A stretch of 64,000 nucleotides of DNA from a bacterium (GCA_965207065.1 OZ242260.1:1504001-1568000); one strand, 5' to 3'; positions 1 through 11,040 are shown, counted from the first letter of the stretch. Notes: generated by a model not told the origin, from the sequence alone. Made by a program: numbers and translations.

Positions 1-549
1 TGTGGAACGACTCACGACGCTGCACCGTGAGCGCAAGCGAATGGCGAGTTTGCTGATCAAGGACGTCACCCTCGCCAAGGGGCGAAGAGTTGCTCTTGGG
101 AGTGCGTCTGCGTTCCGGCGCCGGAGCGGCCCGCGCATGAGGTTTATAAAACCCCCGGCGAAGTCGTTGCCGAGATCGACAGATTGCTCGAAGCCCACAC
201 TGACCCCGAGATCGCGACAATCCTCAATGAGCGAGATTACCGGAGCGGATACGGCCACGCATTCCACAAGGGGATAGTCTGGAAGATCAGCACCAACCAT
301 GCCCTGAGGTCGCGCTATGAGCGCCTGCGGTTACGCGGGCTGTTGCCCATCGAAGAGATCGCTGAGCTGCTCATCGTCTCGACATGGACAATCAAGAAAT
401 GGCGCGCAAGCGCGAGTTTTTTGCACGGACACGCCTATAACGATAAACCCTGCTGCTTGTACGAGCTTCCGGAGTATCCGCCGATCATACGAGTGGGGGC
501 AGTATCTCGCGACAGCTTCTGCGAACGTCGGTGGTGTAACCATGTGTAA
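1..549 (+). pseudogene. C-terminal remnant of large serine recombinase, frameshifted
   Basis: RERKRMASLLIKDVTL and DPEIATILNE...EEIAELLIVSTWTIKKW lie in different frames and resemble the C-terminus of the recombinase at 8942-11017. Confidence 0.6.
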
Positions 550-671
550 CATTCGGTAATAAGGTGATGGAGGTTGGCCAAGCGAAGAGTTGCGGGATGT
601 TTCTATTCTTGCGCTGCCGCTGATATTAGTGGTCTTACCCGGCTGAAACACCTAGATCAGGAAAGCCGACT

Positions 672-851
672 CACTCCTTGCTATTCTGAAAATCGAATGA
701 TGGGATGTCCGGTTTCGAAAGTTTCTCTGGCAATTCGGGCGCGACTTCGGAGATATTCCGGCTGATTTGCTCGATTTCTTCCTCGCGGCCGGCCTTCTCC
801 ATGTCGCGGATGATTGCCTGAGCGGTGAACATTGCCGAGCGCAACAGGTGG
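672..851 (-). repeat. 3' fragment (copy A) of repeated small RHH-like gene
   Basis: Translates HLLRSAMFTAQAIIRDMEKAGREEEIEQISRNISEVAPELP, nearly identical to 40967-41110. Confidence 0.8.
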
Positions 852-1039
852 GTGCGACAGGCTGCTAGGTTAAATTATTCAGATAATCGGAATAATGCCG
901 TCGCCCGCTCGTAGCCATGGACGTCACGCTTACCGATATTGTCCTTATTCTCGCGCCACAACTTCACCCCTTTCAAGAGGGACATTGAGGCGCGTGCGCA
1001 GCACCTCTTGCGCCTGCAGTTCATTCTGTATTGTTCAGT

Positions 1040-1275
1040 TTCCCGCCGCTTCGTTACGGCAGTCGCATCATCAGCCGCTTCGTTCGCCAAGTGGAGATGC
1101 GGGTCGAAGCAGCGTTCTCTATGAGGCGTACTGGATCGCCCTAGAAGTCACCCTAGTTGTAGGAATTAGTGAAACTCGTGGCCGTGATGCGTGCACGCTT
1201 AGACAATGACCGCAACGCTTCGATGTCCCTGGTGCCAAGCGGGCGATCAATCCGTTTGTATTGGTATTCGCTCAC
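1040..1275 (-). pseudogene. remnant of conserved hypothetical protein (SEYQY..IDRPL type)
   Basis: Minus strand reads VSEYQYKRIDRPLGTRDIEALRSLSKRARITATSFTNSYN*GDF*GDP, with internal stops. Confidence 0.5.
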
Positions 1276-1544
1276 GACTCGCCCTACCGGTATTAGGCCA
1301 TTGCGCTATTCACCAAGATTCGGATTCTGCAAGAAAAATGATCCCCGTGTTTATGCTTGATGGCAACCGTGTGCGGCGCATACCCGGCGAAGACGGCAGG
1401 AATTCCTTTACCTTGCCTGCAAATTTACTTCCACCTTCTCCAATCGAGTTGGCCGGGACAAGTTTATTTGCCCCGGTTTTGTGGCCGAAACTCTTGTGGC
1501 CAGATTTACCCACCTGTTATTATCTCAATATAGATAATTGCCGA

Positions 1545-1992
1545 AACTGGTCCGTGCCCAACTAGAAGAAGGCGGTCTCCGCTTCGAGCCGACGCGAACT
1601 CTTTGCCCGGTGCTGGTAGCCGTAAAGATACAGCTTCAGCAGCAGCGCCGGGTCGAACGCTGGCTAACCGGCGCCGCAGTTCCCTTCGGCATGCTCGAAT
1701 CCCAGCGCCCGCAGATCCAGCGTACCGACGAACGCATCAATTGCGCGCACCGCATTTTGCCCGGACATGTAGTCGTCCAGAGACGGCGGAAGCAGCATCA
1801 TCTGGCTTCGGGACTGCACCTCCTGATAACGCCTCTCGGACATGGAGGTGATCCTTGATTGGTTGTCTCGCTCGCCGATAATGATAGCACCTACAGACAA
1901 CTCAGACATCACTCGCCATCGTCTCATACCTGACTCGTTGAATATTCTGTCATAGTGTCGTTCGATATTTGTGAGAATACTTTCACAGTCTC
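1545..1992 (-). mobile_element. IS1182-family remnant: left end plus N-terminal transposase fragment
   Basis: RSQMMLLPPSLDDY...VRAIDAFV...PAFDPALLLKLYLYGY...SSRRLE with internal stop; end-like GAGACTGTGAAA at ~1981-1992. Confidence 0.7.
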
Positions 1993-2171
1993 CAACGCGG
2001 CGTATTTACCGCGATGCCGGGCGCTGAGGGCCACCGGCTTCGAACGAAGCCGGATAGACGCCCTGAGACAGGAAATGAACCACAACTACGAGGGGGGAAA
2101 CGAACTCGGTCGCAAGTCCTTGGTCGATGTACGTCTAAAGGAATTTTCCAGCATTATTCGGACTTGATCAA

Positions 2172-2564
2172 TTACTTTAATTTAGGTGTTCTCAAGCAAC
2201 TCAGCGTGACTGTGTAGCTATGCTCTCCGAATAGATTGAGAAGACCCCTACCTTGCTCGGCGGTCTCTTTCACTTGTTTGAGAATCTCCGCTATATTTTC
2301 TGCAATATTCGGCCATTCAAAATACGAATATGACATAACTCCCGAGGTGCCGCTTTTACCGCTCCCAGTAGAATTTTCGCCGACCACCTTCTCTACAGTA
2401 CATGCGTACACGGCAACAGTATTGGTATGATCTATGATAGAGGTGGCACTTTGCAGCACCGATCCAGTTCCGACGGCAATTACTTGATTATCCGAACGCG
2501 TAATCGTCACTTTTGAACACGCCGCAAGCGAAAGCGCCAGCACAGCCAACATGATTCTATACAT
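2172..2564 (-). CDS. hypothetical lipoprotein (130 aa)
   Basis: AGGAG RBS; signal peptide MYRIMLAVLALSLAAC with lipobox. Confidence 0.65.
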   Translation of the reverse strand: MYRIMLAVLALSLAACSKVTITRSDNQVIAVGTGSVLQSATSIIDHTNTVAVYACTVEKVVGENSTGSGKSGTSGVMSYSYFEWPNIAENIAEILKQVKETAEQGRGLLNLFGEHSYTVTLSCLRTPKLK

Positions 2565-2863
2565 TGTCAAAACTCCTTGATACGGTCGTGAGATTACCTT
2601 GAACACGATACTAGAACTAGCAGCTCTCAGCAACGGTGCGACCGAGTCGAGGTTCGGGTTGGCACAAAGTCCTTGGGGCCCACTCCTGGGGCTTTGTCCA
2701 TCCACCAGACAGGGATCCCGGTCGTCAGCCTCAGAAAGCCGGAGAACGACACGGATTTGTTCTTCTTGATGTTTTCATACTTCACAATGAGATAACTGTA
2801 GATCTGGCGTCTCGTGAGATGGGACACTGCCTATTCAATGCCGTTCTAGGAACTTTGCTGTCC

Positions 2864-3277
2864 TTATTTACATTCAAGTTTCCATTGATAGAAGCAACCG
2901 CCGGGCCGGTGATCCGTGTCGTCGCGAAACACCTTCGTCCAGTTTCCTGTGCGCAATGACGTGCTCCAACCACTGCATGTGTTCCGATTCCTCTGACATT
3001 GGTCAGAGCCTTCGGTTTCTCGGAAGCAGATTCTGCACTCCTTTATTCTCTTCGTCAGTTCGTTTGTCGCGCTCTTCAAGCCGCTCTCATTGGCCGACAA
3101 GCGGGCTTCCGCTGTTCTCATATCGTCGGTAGTTGCACCATTCATAGCCTTAATCAGCCAGCCATCAGTCACCTTTTCCAAAACGAGAATTCCGATCGCG
3201 AGCAATATGGCGGTTACCACCCCGCCGATGACCTGAGTCTTGATTACATTGAACATCTTGCGTTGATCGTCGGACAT
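2864..3277 (-). CDS. membrane-anchored protein with Cys-rich C-terminal domain resembling the invertebrate MACPF accessory domain (137 aa)
   Basis: GGAG RBS; N-terminal TM helix, short coiled coil, then CRICFRETEGSDQC...CSGWS...WTKVFRDDTDHRPGGCFYQWKLEC. Confidence 0.65.
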   Translation of the reverse strand: MSDDQRKMFNVIKTQVIGGVVTAILLAIGILVLEKVTDGWLIKAMNGATTDDMRTAEARLSANESGLKSATNELTKRIKECRICFRETEGSDQCQRNRNTCSGWSTSLRTGNWTKVFRDDTDHRPGGCFYQWKLECK

Positions 3278-3585
3278 TGTTGGTTCTCCCTGTCTATAAA
3301 GAAAAGATTCGGAGGCCCGCTCGGGCGCATCAACAGCGGCGAGATACCGGCACACTTGAACGGCGGCCCGGGTCTCTCGTCAGTGGCGGGCTTGATTGTT
3401 AAAGCGTTCGCATTTATGCTCGTAGCCATTCGGATATACTGAGGCGTTTTGGCCAAGGTTGAAGGGTCACTAATGTGCACAACATACCACAACCGGTTGC
3501 TGAGAAACCAAACTCTTTATCTTTACAAAAATGGTAGATATAGGCGGCTTTACTTGGCTGAAACTTATGAATTGTTACAGTCTGC

Positions 3586-3745
3586 CTGCTTCCCCTTTTC
3601 TCTGAACCTGCCTGCTTTTTGAATCTTTCCCTGATTTCCCCGGAAATTCCTGCGCGATTCGGGAGATAGTGCGGCTGATTTGCTCGATTTCCTCCTCGCG
3701 TCTGTCTTGTTCCATGTCGCGGTCTTGGGCTGCGAACATGGCCGA
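3586..3745 (-). repeat. degenerate 3' fragment (copy B) of repeated small RHH-like gene
   Basis: SAMFAAQ..RDMEQDRREEEIEQISRTIS; DNA GGCTGATTTGCTCGATTTC shared with copy A. Confidence 0.7.
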
Positions 3746-4014
3746 CGAGGTGAACGATCCCTCCCGGCAATATCACACCATGACAAGGTGACGTCGTATA
3801 TGGACGCGACCGAGCCCGGATGCGCGAAAGTTGCAATGAATCCGCTTATTGGTTGATTACATGTTGCGCAAGAGGGATCCTAGAGAAGATGGGAAAAATC
3901 ATCCAATACAAGTAGTTTCAGCAGAATATGAGGATTTCACAACTGGTGGAAATTGTCGAATGTCTAGATTGATAAATTGAGCGAAATCTGGTGGAAATCC
4001 GCAAAAAATGTCTG

Positions 4015-4777
4015 TACGCGCTCACCGTCACGGTGTCCTCCTTCAAACCCGCCATCAGGTGCAGCAGGACCTTGGCACTGTTCGCCGTGAATCCCCAGGC
4101 CGCTAATACTGGTTCTCACCTACTTCCTGGGCGGATACGTACCACAATCCCGTCGGTGAACAGATAGACGTCCTCGTACGTGCCCAGATCCTGCAACGCG
4201 AACTTCTGATAGTCTTCCCAGAGTCGCTCCCCGAATTCCGAAACCGCCGTGCGCGAAAGTAGCAGACGATCGCTCTCGTCGGTGAAAACTTCTTCAACCT
4301 CGCGGACCGACAGACCGTGTGCCAGAAGCTCCACCGCCAACCCTTCGAGCGTCTCGGTGCGACCCTTGAGATTATCCCGGATATCCGAGTGAAACCCTTC
4401 CCCGTGCCCGGCAATCTGCGGGGACGCGTACTCGATAAACCCTTCCGCCGCTTTCAGACGACCAAGTCGGTGGCCCTAGCCGGGTTCCGGTCCGTGCTCG
4501 TAATATTCCCGGCCGAGAGCGTCGCGGCTTTCCGCCTCCAGCGCTTCTTCCACGATGAGGCGCGTGGCCGGCTTCACCAGGTTGGCTTGCGCATCGGGAG
4601 TCGACAGGCGAACTTCAATCAGGGCGGACAGGGCTTGGCAAGTGTGAATCGATACCTGTCATCACTTCTTCATGGGTGCCTCCTCTGTTGGATGCTGGCA
4701 CTCACCTGCACGGTTTTATGATGCCTCTGTCGAGGATACATCACTTTCGGAAATTTCCAGCAAGTTTAAGACTTAAC
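4015..4777 (-). mobile_element. IS256-family remnant: left end plus N-terminal transposase pseudogene
   Basis: RLIVEEALEAE..ALGREYYE, GLSVREVEEVF, LSRTAVS, YLFTDGI with internal stops; end-like GTTAAGTCTTAAACTTGCTGGAAATT at 4752-4777. Confidence 0.75.
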
Positions 4778-5560
4778 AGTCTGTCGAACTTGGCTTGCTG
4801 AGAAGGTCGAAGCGCCGTCGTAGGAGCAATTCTCGGGGTTCCCTGTCATAGATTCGCGTTGGACAGCGATTCGGTGTCAGGAGTCATGCTCGACCTTCAC
4901 TGGCCCGGTGGTGGTCGTATTGGCCGTAGGTAGGCCACGGGACGAGGCGTTTTATTGCCGGAGCACGCCAACGTCAGGTTGTGTAGGCGAATGCAGTGTA
5001 GGCTGGCATCACCAAAGACCCCCACTCACCCTGCACCTTGTCGAGACCGCGCAAGTGGAAGTGCCTGAAGAGCATCGCCTGCTTGACGATGCCGAACACC
5101 GGCTCCACCGTCTGTCGGCGCAGGAGATATCGGGCACGCTCTTCGGGCTGCGCCATCTTCGTGCGCATCGCAGCAATCCAGTCTGCCCGAACCGCCGGAC
5201 ATGGCCGGAAGTCGTGCCGACGGCGTTGTCCTTCGGATTCCGTGCCCACCAGAATCCGGCGCCGCGTCCCTTGAGTCGTTCCACATCCTTGACAGTCGCA
5301 TAGCCGCTGGCCGCCAGCACCCGGGTCGGTGCGCCAATCCTTGGCGGAATCGCGTCCACACCCGACACCAATTCCCGGTGGTCGCTCGCATTGTTGCTCA
5401 CCAGCGCACCCAACACCAACCGGCTGCCCTCGGCATCTACCGCCGCCTACGCGTTGTAGGCCTGACGGTACTCGTGCCTTTTGCTCTTGCGCATCAAGGC
5501 GTTGTCCCCATCCGTCAGGTTGATCTGCCGCCTTCTTCGGGCCCCTCCCGCGCTTGCATC
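4778..5560 (-). mobile_element. IS1182-family remnant: C-terminal transposase fragment and right end
   Basis: QINLTDGDNALMRK..QAYNA, VLAASGY, RRQTVEPVFGIVKQAMLFRHFHLRGLDKVQGEW, split by stops and frameshifts. Confidence 0.75.
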
Positions 5561-5959
5561 ACATGGTTTCCGTGCCAAGTAAGCTTGCACCATCATCGTG
5601 CGCGACGTGAAATTAATAGAGATTTCCCACGCGCTTCTCGTCAAATTAAATTCTAAGGAATGGTTCAGAGGAATGCGCAAGACCAAGAGATGTTGCGGCT
5701 ATTGCCTGCAAATCTCTGCTTCATCATTTTGTATCAACGCAGTTCGGGCCGATGCACAGGTCTCGGTAATCACATCGTGCCCCGAACAAAGTGTCAGTTT
5801 GAACATGTAAAGCAACGATATCTCGCGGATACGGTCTGTCGAATGTCTATGTGGCGTGAATTTTCGACTTTCATAACCATTTCTCAGATGATCCATGATC
5901 GCGCAGTTTATGGATTGACGCCGCTCGAGTCTGTCCAACCCCGCATAATCTTCTGCCGA

Positions 5960-6413
5960 TTTACGCTGCAATTCCGGCGCGGCTTCGGAGACATTTCTGT
6001 TGATTCGCTTGATTTTCTCTTTGCTTCGGGTACTTTCCATGTGCGGATGATGACCTGTGCGGAGAACATCACAGAACACAACAGGTGAATTCCCGCCTCA
6101 GTTTGCGACCACTTGCGACGCTCGATAGCCTCCATTGCGAGTTCGACCACGAGTCTGTTCGGCGATTTTTCTCGCCTTTCGGCTTCTTTTTCGAGGCGCC
6201 TCCACTGCTCGGGCTTCACCCTGACGTTCTTTTGTATTGTCTGAAGCCTCGGTTTTGCAGCTTCTTTATTGAAGGTTTTCACTCTAATTGATCGCAAAAC
6301 GGGTCGGAAAATCCCGTTTCCTTGCATCGGGCTCGCTACATTTTGGGCGCATGCATCCTCAAAAAGCCCCGGTCGATGAGATACCAAACGGATAGCCATC
6401 ATAGCGCAGCGCA
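5960..6413 (-). repeat. copy C of small RHH-like gene (frameshifted) plus conserved upstream hairpin region
   Basis: TIQKNVRVKPEQWRRLEKEAERREKSPNRLVVELAMEAIERR; aligns with 40967-41428 including ~130 bp of non-coding DNA. Confidence 0.8.
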
Positions 6414-6481
6414 CGCCCATCCGTATTCTCATAGCATACGTGCAGGAAACACCCTGATACCAGATGTATGCCATCAGCATA

Positions 6482-7399
6482 GTGCGCCGTGGAAAGGCGC
6501 CATTCCCTAGCGGGTGCGAATCCCGCCCGGCAACTGTCGCTCCAGCCGGTAGCAATCGGGGCGGGTGATGGAGGCAACGACATGGCCTGAAGCACTCCGA
6601 TGGAAAAGGGCCGCCACGGGCGGCTCAGCGACCATGCGGGCCGCAACGCGAGTGAACGCCGAGCAGGCCTCGAAAATGCATGATGCGAGTGCCGACCCGC
6701 CTATGCAACGGGGAAGGCTGTCACCGGCCGGGAAGCGAGCGACATGAGCACCGGCCGGGTCTCGCCGGGGTAGTGGCGGCGGCACGCATGGAAGATGGGA
6801 ATGGCAGCAACACGGGAAGCCCTGCCGGTGGAGCGCACACTCCAACCGGAACCCCGCGAGGGGCAGGCCGGGCCGGCAGGGTGGCGGATGGGCTCGTAGT
6901 ACCTGAGAGGCCGGGTAACGCCGGCGGAGGAAAGGAGCCCTGGTTCGGGAGCGATGCGGAAAGGGAGGAAGGGCATGACCACTGGCGAGAGCCTATCAGG
7001 GTCGGAAAAGGCTCGGAAACTCCAGACCGTGTTACATGCGAAAGCCAAGGAAGAACCCGGACGGCGCTTCCACGCGCTGATAGACAAGGTGTGGCGCGAA
7101 GACTTTCTGGCCGAAGCCTGGAGGCGGGTCCGCCGCAATCGCGGGGCCGCCGGGGTGGACGGAGAGACGTTCGCGGACATCGAGGCGTACGGCGTGGGAC
7201 GCTGGCTCGGGGAACTGGCGCGGGAACTGAAGGATGGGGTATACGCACCGAAGCCTGTGCGACAAGTGCTCATCCCGAAGAAACAGCCCGGCAAGTTCCG
7301 GCCTCTGGGCATCCCCTGCATAAGGGACCGGGTGGCGCAGACGTCGGCCCTGCTCGTGCTTGAGCCGATATTCGAAGCGGACCTGCAACCGGAGCAGTA
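6482..7399 (+). mobile_element. group II intron, 5' portion, truncated by IS256
   Basis: GTGCG start, structured 5' region, candidate EBS1 TATGC (~6702) complementary to exon end GCATA, followed by RT ORF; no DV/DVI after the interruption. Confidence 0.8.
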
Positions 7400-7400
7400 G
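6975..7400 (+). pseudogene. ltrA: group II intron reverse transcriptase/maturase, N-terminal fragment
   Basis: GAAGVDGET, PVRQVLIPK..GKFRPLGIPCIRDRVAQ..LEPIFEADL; ends at the IS256 IR, before YADD. Confidence 0.85.
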
Positions 7401-7429
7401 AGTTACTGTCAAATGTTGTGTATGGCCGT

Positions 7430-7692
7430 ATGTGGACGGCCCCGTAAATGCAAACATGTTGTTTGAACGATTCAGGGTCTGTGGTCAGGTGCAGTCGTAT
7501 GTCCGACCTCTTGGTGCGGCATATCTCTCACCGCGGGCCCGTATGGAGATGCGCGGATCGGGTCCGAATCGTCCTGGCGAGCTCAAGGGCTCTCGGCCAT
7601 ACCCCGGTTTACCCGACCCTGTCTCATTGACCATTTACCCTTACCCGTCCTCCGACCTGCTCACATTCCTGGATAATCCGTTTGTCTGCCGC
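7430..7692 (-). ncRNA. putative seek/bridge RNA region of IS1111 copy 1
   Basis: Homologous to 20160-20430; internal 9-mers at 7594-7602 and 7568-7576 match the two insertion junctions. Confidence 0.75.
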
Positions 7693-8460
7693 TCAGGCGA
7701 CCGGCGCCGGTTCCTGGTAGACTTCTTTCTTCGTCATCAGCGCCCATGCGATGCGCGCCATTCGATTCGCCAGCGCCACCGCGACCAGCATTCGTGGCTT
7801 GCGCGCCAGCATCCGGGCCAGCCATGAGCCCGCCGGCGCGCCGCGCCGGACCGCGCTGCGCACCACCGTCATAGCACCTATGTTCAAGAGCCGCCTGATG
7901 TCGCGCTGTCCCATCTTCGACACTTTGCCCAGTCGGGACTTGCCTCCGGTCGAGTGCTGTCTGGGCACGAGGCCGAGCCAGGCGGAGAAGTCCCGTCCGC
8001 GTTTGAAGCTCTCCAAAGGCGGCGCGAAGGCCAGTATCGCCGACGCGGTGATCGGACCGATTCCCGGGATGCTCATCAGACGCCTCGCCTCCGCATCCGC
8101 GTAAGCGCCCGCGTGGAGTTGCCTCTCCAACTCCCTGATCTTCTCGTTGAGTTCGGCAATTTGATCGAGAAGAACCCCGCCCAACTCGCGGACCACCGTC
8201 GGCAGCTCCGTAACCGGGTCTCCAAGAGCCGCCGCCAGGCGAGAGGTATTCACTAGTCCCTGCGGAGCGATGACCCCGAACTCCGCGAAGTGACCGCGCA
8301 ACGCATTGACAGTCTGCGTGCGCTGGCGAACCAGGAGATCGCGCGTGCGGAACATCATCCCCTGGGCCTGCTGCGTTTCGCTCTTCACCGCCACGAAGCG
8401 CATGGTCGGGCGCGAGGCGGCCTCGCAGATCGCCTCCGCGTCCGCCGCGTCGTTCTTCTG
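7693..8460 (-). pseudogene. IS110 transposase, C-terminal part
   Basis: QKNDAADAEAIC, SIPGIGPITA, AWLGLVPRQHSTGGK, VALANRMARIAW. Confidence 0.9.
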
Positions 8461-8504
8461 ACGCTTGACCAAAAGGGTCACACACTGCCCGTTATCATGA
8501 TGGG

Positions 8505-8945
8505 GTGAGGGTTTATTACCGCTACCATCCGCTGGCGGGCTGCCGCGTAACTTGCCTTGGGCGTCGAAAGGCGTATGGGCAGAGGATGTTGATCATCCGG
8601 CATCCGGACGGAACACAGATGCATGTCCCGGAGTGGATGACCAGGCCGGATGCGGCCCTGCTCGAGGTTCGCGACGTCCCGAGAATCTCCCTGCGGGCGC
8701 TTCGTGAATTGCGGAATCTCATCGATGCGTCTCTTCTTGTACCGGACCAGGCCCGGAGGGGAGGAGACGATGAACACCAGACGCCGAAATTCGAAACAGG
8801 GGGAACTGTTTCCCCCGGAACAACCGCCGCACCTGATAACGGACGAAAGACGCGAGGCGCTGATACCGCTCCTGTCGATGACCATCGCAGTGGCCATGGA
8901 AGCTCCGGGACCGGAGAGCCCGACGAGTCGGGGGGCCGGCCATGA
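8505..8945 (+). CDS. DUF5372-like accessory protein of recombinase element (ends uncertain)
   Basis: RVYYRYHPLAG...PDGTQMHVPEWMT motif. Confidence 0.6.
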   Translation: MRVYYRYHPLAGCRVTCLGRRKAYGQRMLIIRHPDGTQMHVPEWMTRPDAALLEVRDVPRISLRALRELRNLIDASLLVPDQARRGGDDEHQTPKFETGGTVSPGTTAAPDNGRKTRGADTAPVDDHRSGHGSSGTGEPDESGGRP

Positions 8946-8952
8946 GGGGTGA
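8770..8952 (+). CDS. small accessory protein of recombinase element (60 aa)
   Basis: GGAGGAG RBS; MNTRRRNSKQGELF...; overlaps recombinase start. Confidence 0.55.
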   Translation: MNTRRRNSKQGELFPPEQPPHLITDERREALIPLLSMTIAVAMEAPGPESPTSRGAGHEG

Positions 8953-11017
8953 GCAAACAAGGATCACCGCCGGCCATCTGGCGCGCGCGGCCTGTGTCTA
9001 CGTTCGACAGTCCTCACTCGGCCAGGTTCGCAACAACCTGGAAAGCCAGCGCCTTCAGTACGGATTGCAGGCCCGCGCGAAGGAGCTGGGCTGGCGGGAA
9101 GTGATGACGATCGACGAGGACCTCGGCCGTTCGGGAGGTGGCGGCGTCGAGAGGCCCGGCTTCCAGAAACTCCTGAGCGCGGTCTGCGAGAACAGGGTCG
9201 GCATCGTGTTGTCCGTCGACGCCTCCCGCCTGTCCCGAAACGGCCGTGAGTGGCATACTCTTCTCGAGTTCTGCGCCGTGGTCGGCTGCCTCCTGGGAGA
9301 CGGGCGCGGCATCTACGACCCCGGTCTGCCCGATGATCGCATGCTGCTCGGCATGAAGGGGAGCTTCAACGAAATGGAAAGCTCGCTCCTGCGCCAGCGC
9401 TCCCACGACGCCCGTCGCCAGAAGGCGGAGCGGGGCGAGTTGTTCCTGAACCTGCCGGCCGGATACGTGAAGGTCGGGCGCGACGCCATCGCGCTCGACC
9501 CCGACCAGCGGGTGCGCGACGCGGTACGGCACGTATTCCGCAAGTTCACCGAGCTGCGGAGCATTCGCCAGGTGTTCCTGTGGTTCCGGCAGGAAGGAGT
9601 CGAGCTTCCGTATCGCTCTCTCGACACCGGCGTTCATGGATGGCGGGTCGCCTGGAAGCTGCCGGTGTACAATACCGTCCACCAGATCCTGACCAACCCG
9701 ATCTACGCGGGCGCCTACGCCTACGGTCGCAGGAGGCGGCGGAGGGTGATCGAGGAGGGGCGCCAACGCATCGTGAACGAGGTCAGGCGCAACCCGGAGG
9801 AGTGGGCGATATTGATTCGCGACAACCACGAGGGCTATATCTCCTGGGAGGAATATGAACGCAATCGCGGCCTGATCGCGGCCAATGAGCCGAAAATCAA
9901 GGGAGCGGTGCGCGAGGGCGGCGCGTTGCTGACCGGCTTGTTGCGATGCGGTCATTGCACCCACAAACTCCAGGTCGTCTATTCGGGGAACAGCGGGGTG
10001 GGCCGCTACCTCTGCCAGGGCAGGCGGTCGCACACGGATGGTACAACCTGCATCTCCTTTGGTGCGGGCGACGTCGACGAGGCCGTCGCCGCCGCCGTGT
10101 TGCGAGCGGTAGAGCCGCTGGGAGTGGAAGCCGCGCTCGGTGCGCTCAAAGAGCGCGGAAAGGAAGCAGCCGAACGCGCCCGTCTGGCGGAGCTGGCGCT
10201 CGAGGAAGCCCGGTTCCAGGCGGAGCAGGCGCGGGCGCGGTTCGAGGCGGTCGATCCCCGCAACCGCAACGTCATCGGCAATCTCTCGCGGGCATGGGAG
10301 GAGCGCCTCGAGGTCGTGCGGGAGCGGGAGGCCCGGTTGGAGGCGGCGCGCTCACAACTCCAGCTTCAGGAGCCGACACCCTGCGAGCGAGCCGCGTATC
10401 TCGCCCTCGGCGCCGATCTGGAGCAGGCCTGGAACCATGAGAACGTGACGACCGCGATGCGCAAGCACATTCTGCGCGCGGTGCTCGTTGAGATCATCGT
10501 GACCGTCTCGGCCGAGCGGATCGATCTCGTCCTGCATTGGGAGGGCGGCGATCATACGGGACTCTCCGTACGCAGGAGAAAGAGCGGACTAACGCGTATC
10601 GCGGCGGACGCCGACACCGGGACCATGATCCGGGAACTTGCCCGCCTCATGCCGGACCGGGCCATCACCGCGTTCCTGAACCGGGCCGGGAAGCGGACCG
10701 GCAAGGGCAATGCCTGGACCGAGGCGCGCGTACGCGCCTGGCGTTCCCATCACGGCATAGCGGTCTATCGTGATGGGGAGCGACAAGAGCGCAACGAACT
10801 GACACAGACCGAAGCCGCGGCGAGGCTGAAAGTCAGCGCCAGAACAATGAACCGTCTGATCAAGCGCGGCGTTGTTCCGGCCCGCCAGGCCTGCAAGGGC
10901 GCGCCCTGGGTGATATCCGCAGATGCTCTCGAACTGCCGGATGTTGCCCGGGCGCTGAAAAAGGGAGTATACCCGCCGGCACCGGATGATGAACAGAAAA
11001 CCTTTTGTTTTCAATAA
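8942..11017 (+). CDS. large serine recombinase (resolvase, recombinase, Zn ribbon, C-terminal HTH), 691 aa
   Basis: YVRQS catalytic motif, DASRLSRN, ILTNPIYAG, LTGLLRCGHC. Confidence 0.92.
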   Translation: MRGEQTRITAGHLARAACVYVRQSSLGQVRNNLESQRLQYGLQARAKELGWREVMTIDEDLGRSGGGGVERPGFQKLLSAVCENRVGIVLSVDASRLSRNGREWHTLLEFCAVVGCLLGDGRGIYDPGLPDDRMLLGMKGSFNEMESSLLRQRSHDARRQKAERGELFLNLPAGYVKVGRDAIALDPDQRVRDAVRHVFRKFTELRSIRQVFLWFRQEGVELPYRSLDTGVHGWRVAWKLPVYNTVHQILTNPIYAGAYAYGRRRRRRVIEEGRQRIVNEVRRNPEEWAILIRDNHEGYISWEEYERNRGLIAANEPKIKGAVREGGALLTGLLRCGHCTHKLQVVYSGNSGVGRYLCQGRRSHTDGTTCISFGAGDVDEAVAAAVLRAVEPLGVEAALGALKERGKEAAERARLAELALEEARFQAEQARARFEAVDPRNRNVIGNLSRAWEERLEVVREREARLEAARSQLQLQEPTPCERAAYLALGADLEQAWNHENVTTAMRKHILRAVLVEIIVTVSAERIDLVLHWEGGDHTGLSVRRRKSGLTRIAADADTGTMIRELARLMPDRAITAFLNRAGKRTGKGNAWTEARVRAWRSHHGIAVYRDGERQERNELTQTEAAARLKVSARTMNRLIKRGVVPARQACKGAPWVISADALELPDVARALKKGVYPPAPDDEQKTFCFQ

Positions 11018-11040
11018 CGTAGAGGGGTGACTTAGTATGA

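Noticed and set aside
2660-2700. Hairpin ACAAAG..CTTTGT upstream of the lipoprotein as a riboswitch
   Set aside because: A single imperfect stem with no recognisable aptamer consensus
6975-7400. RT as a retron, DGR or defence RT
   Set aside because: It follows a GTGCG-starting intron RNA and has group II maturase motifs; truncated before YADD; no TR/VR pair seen
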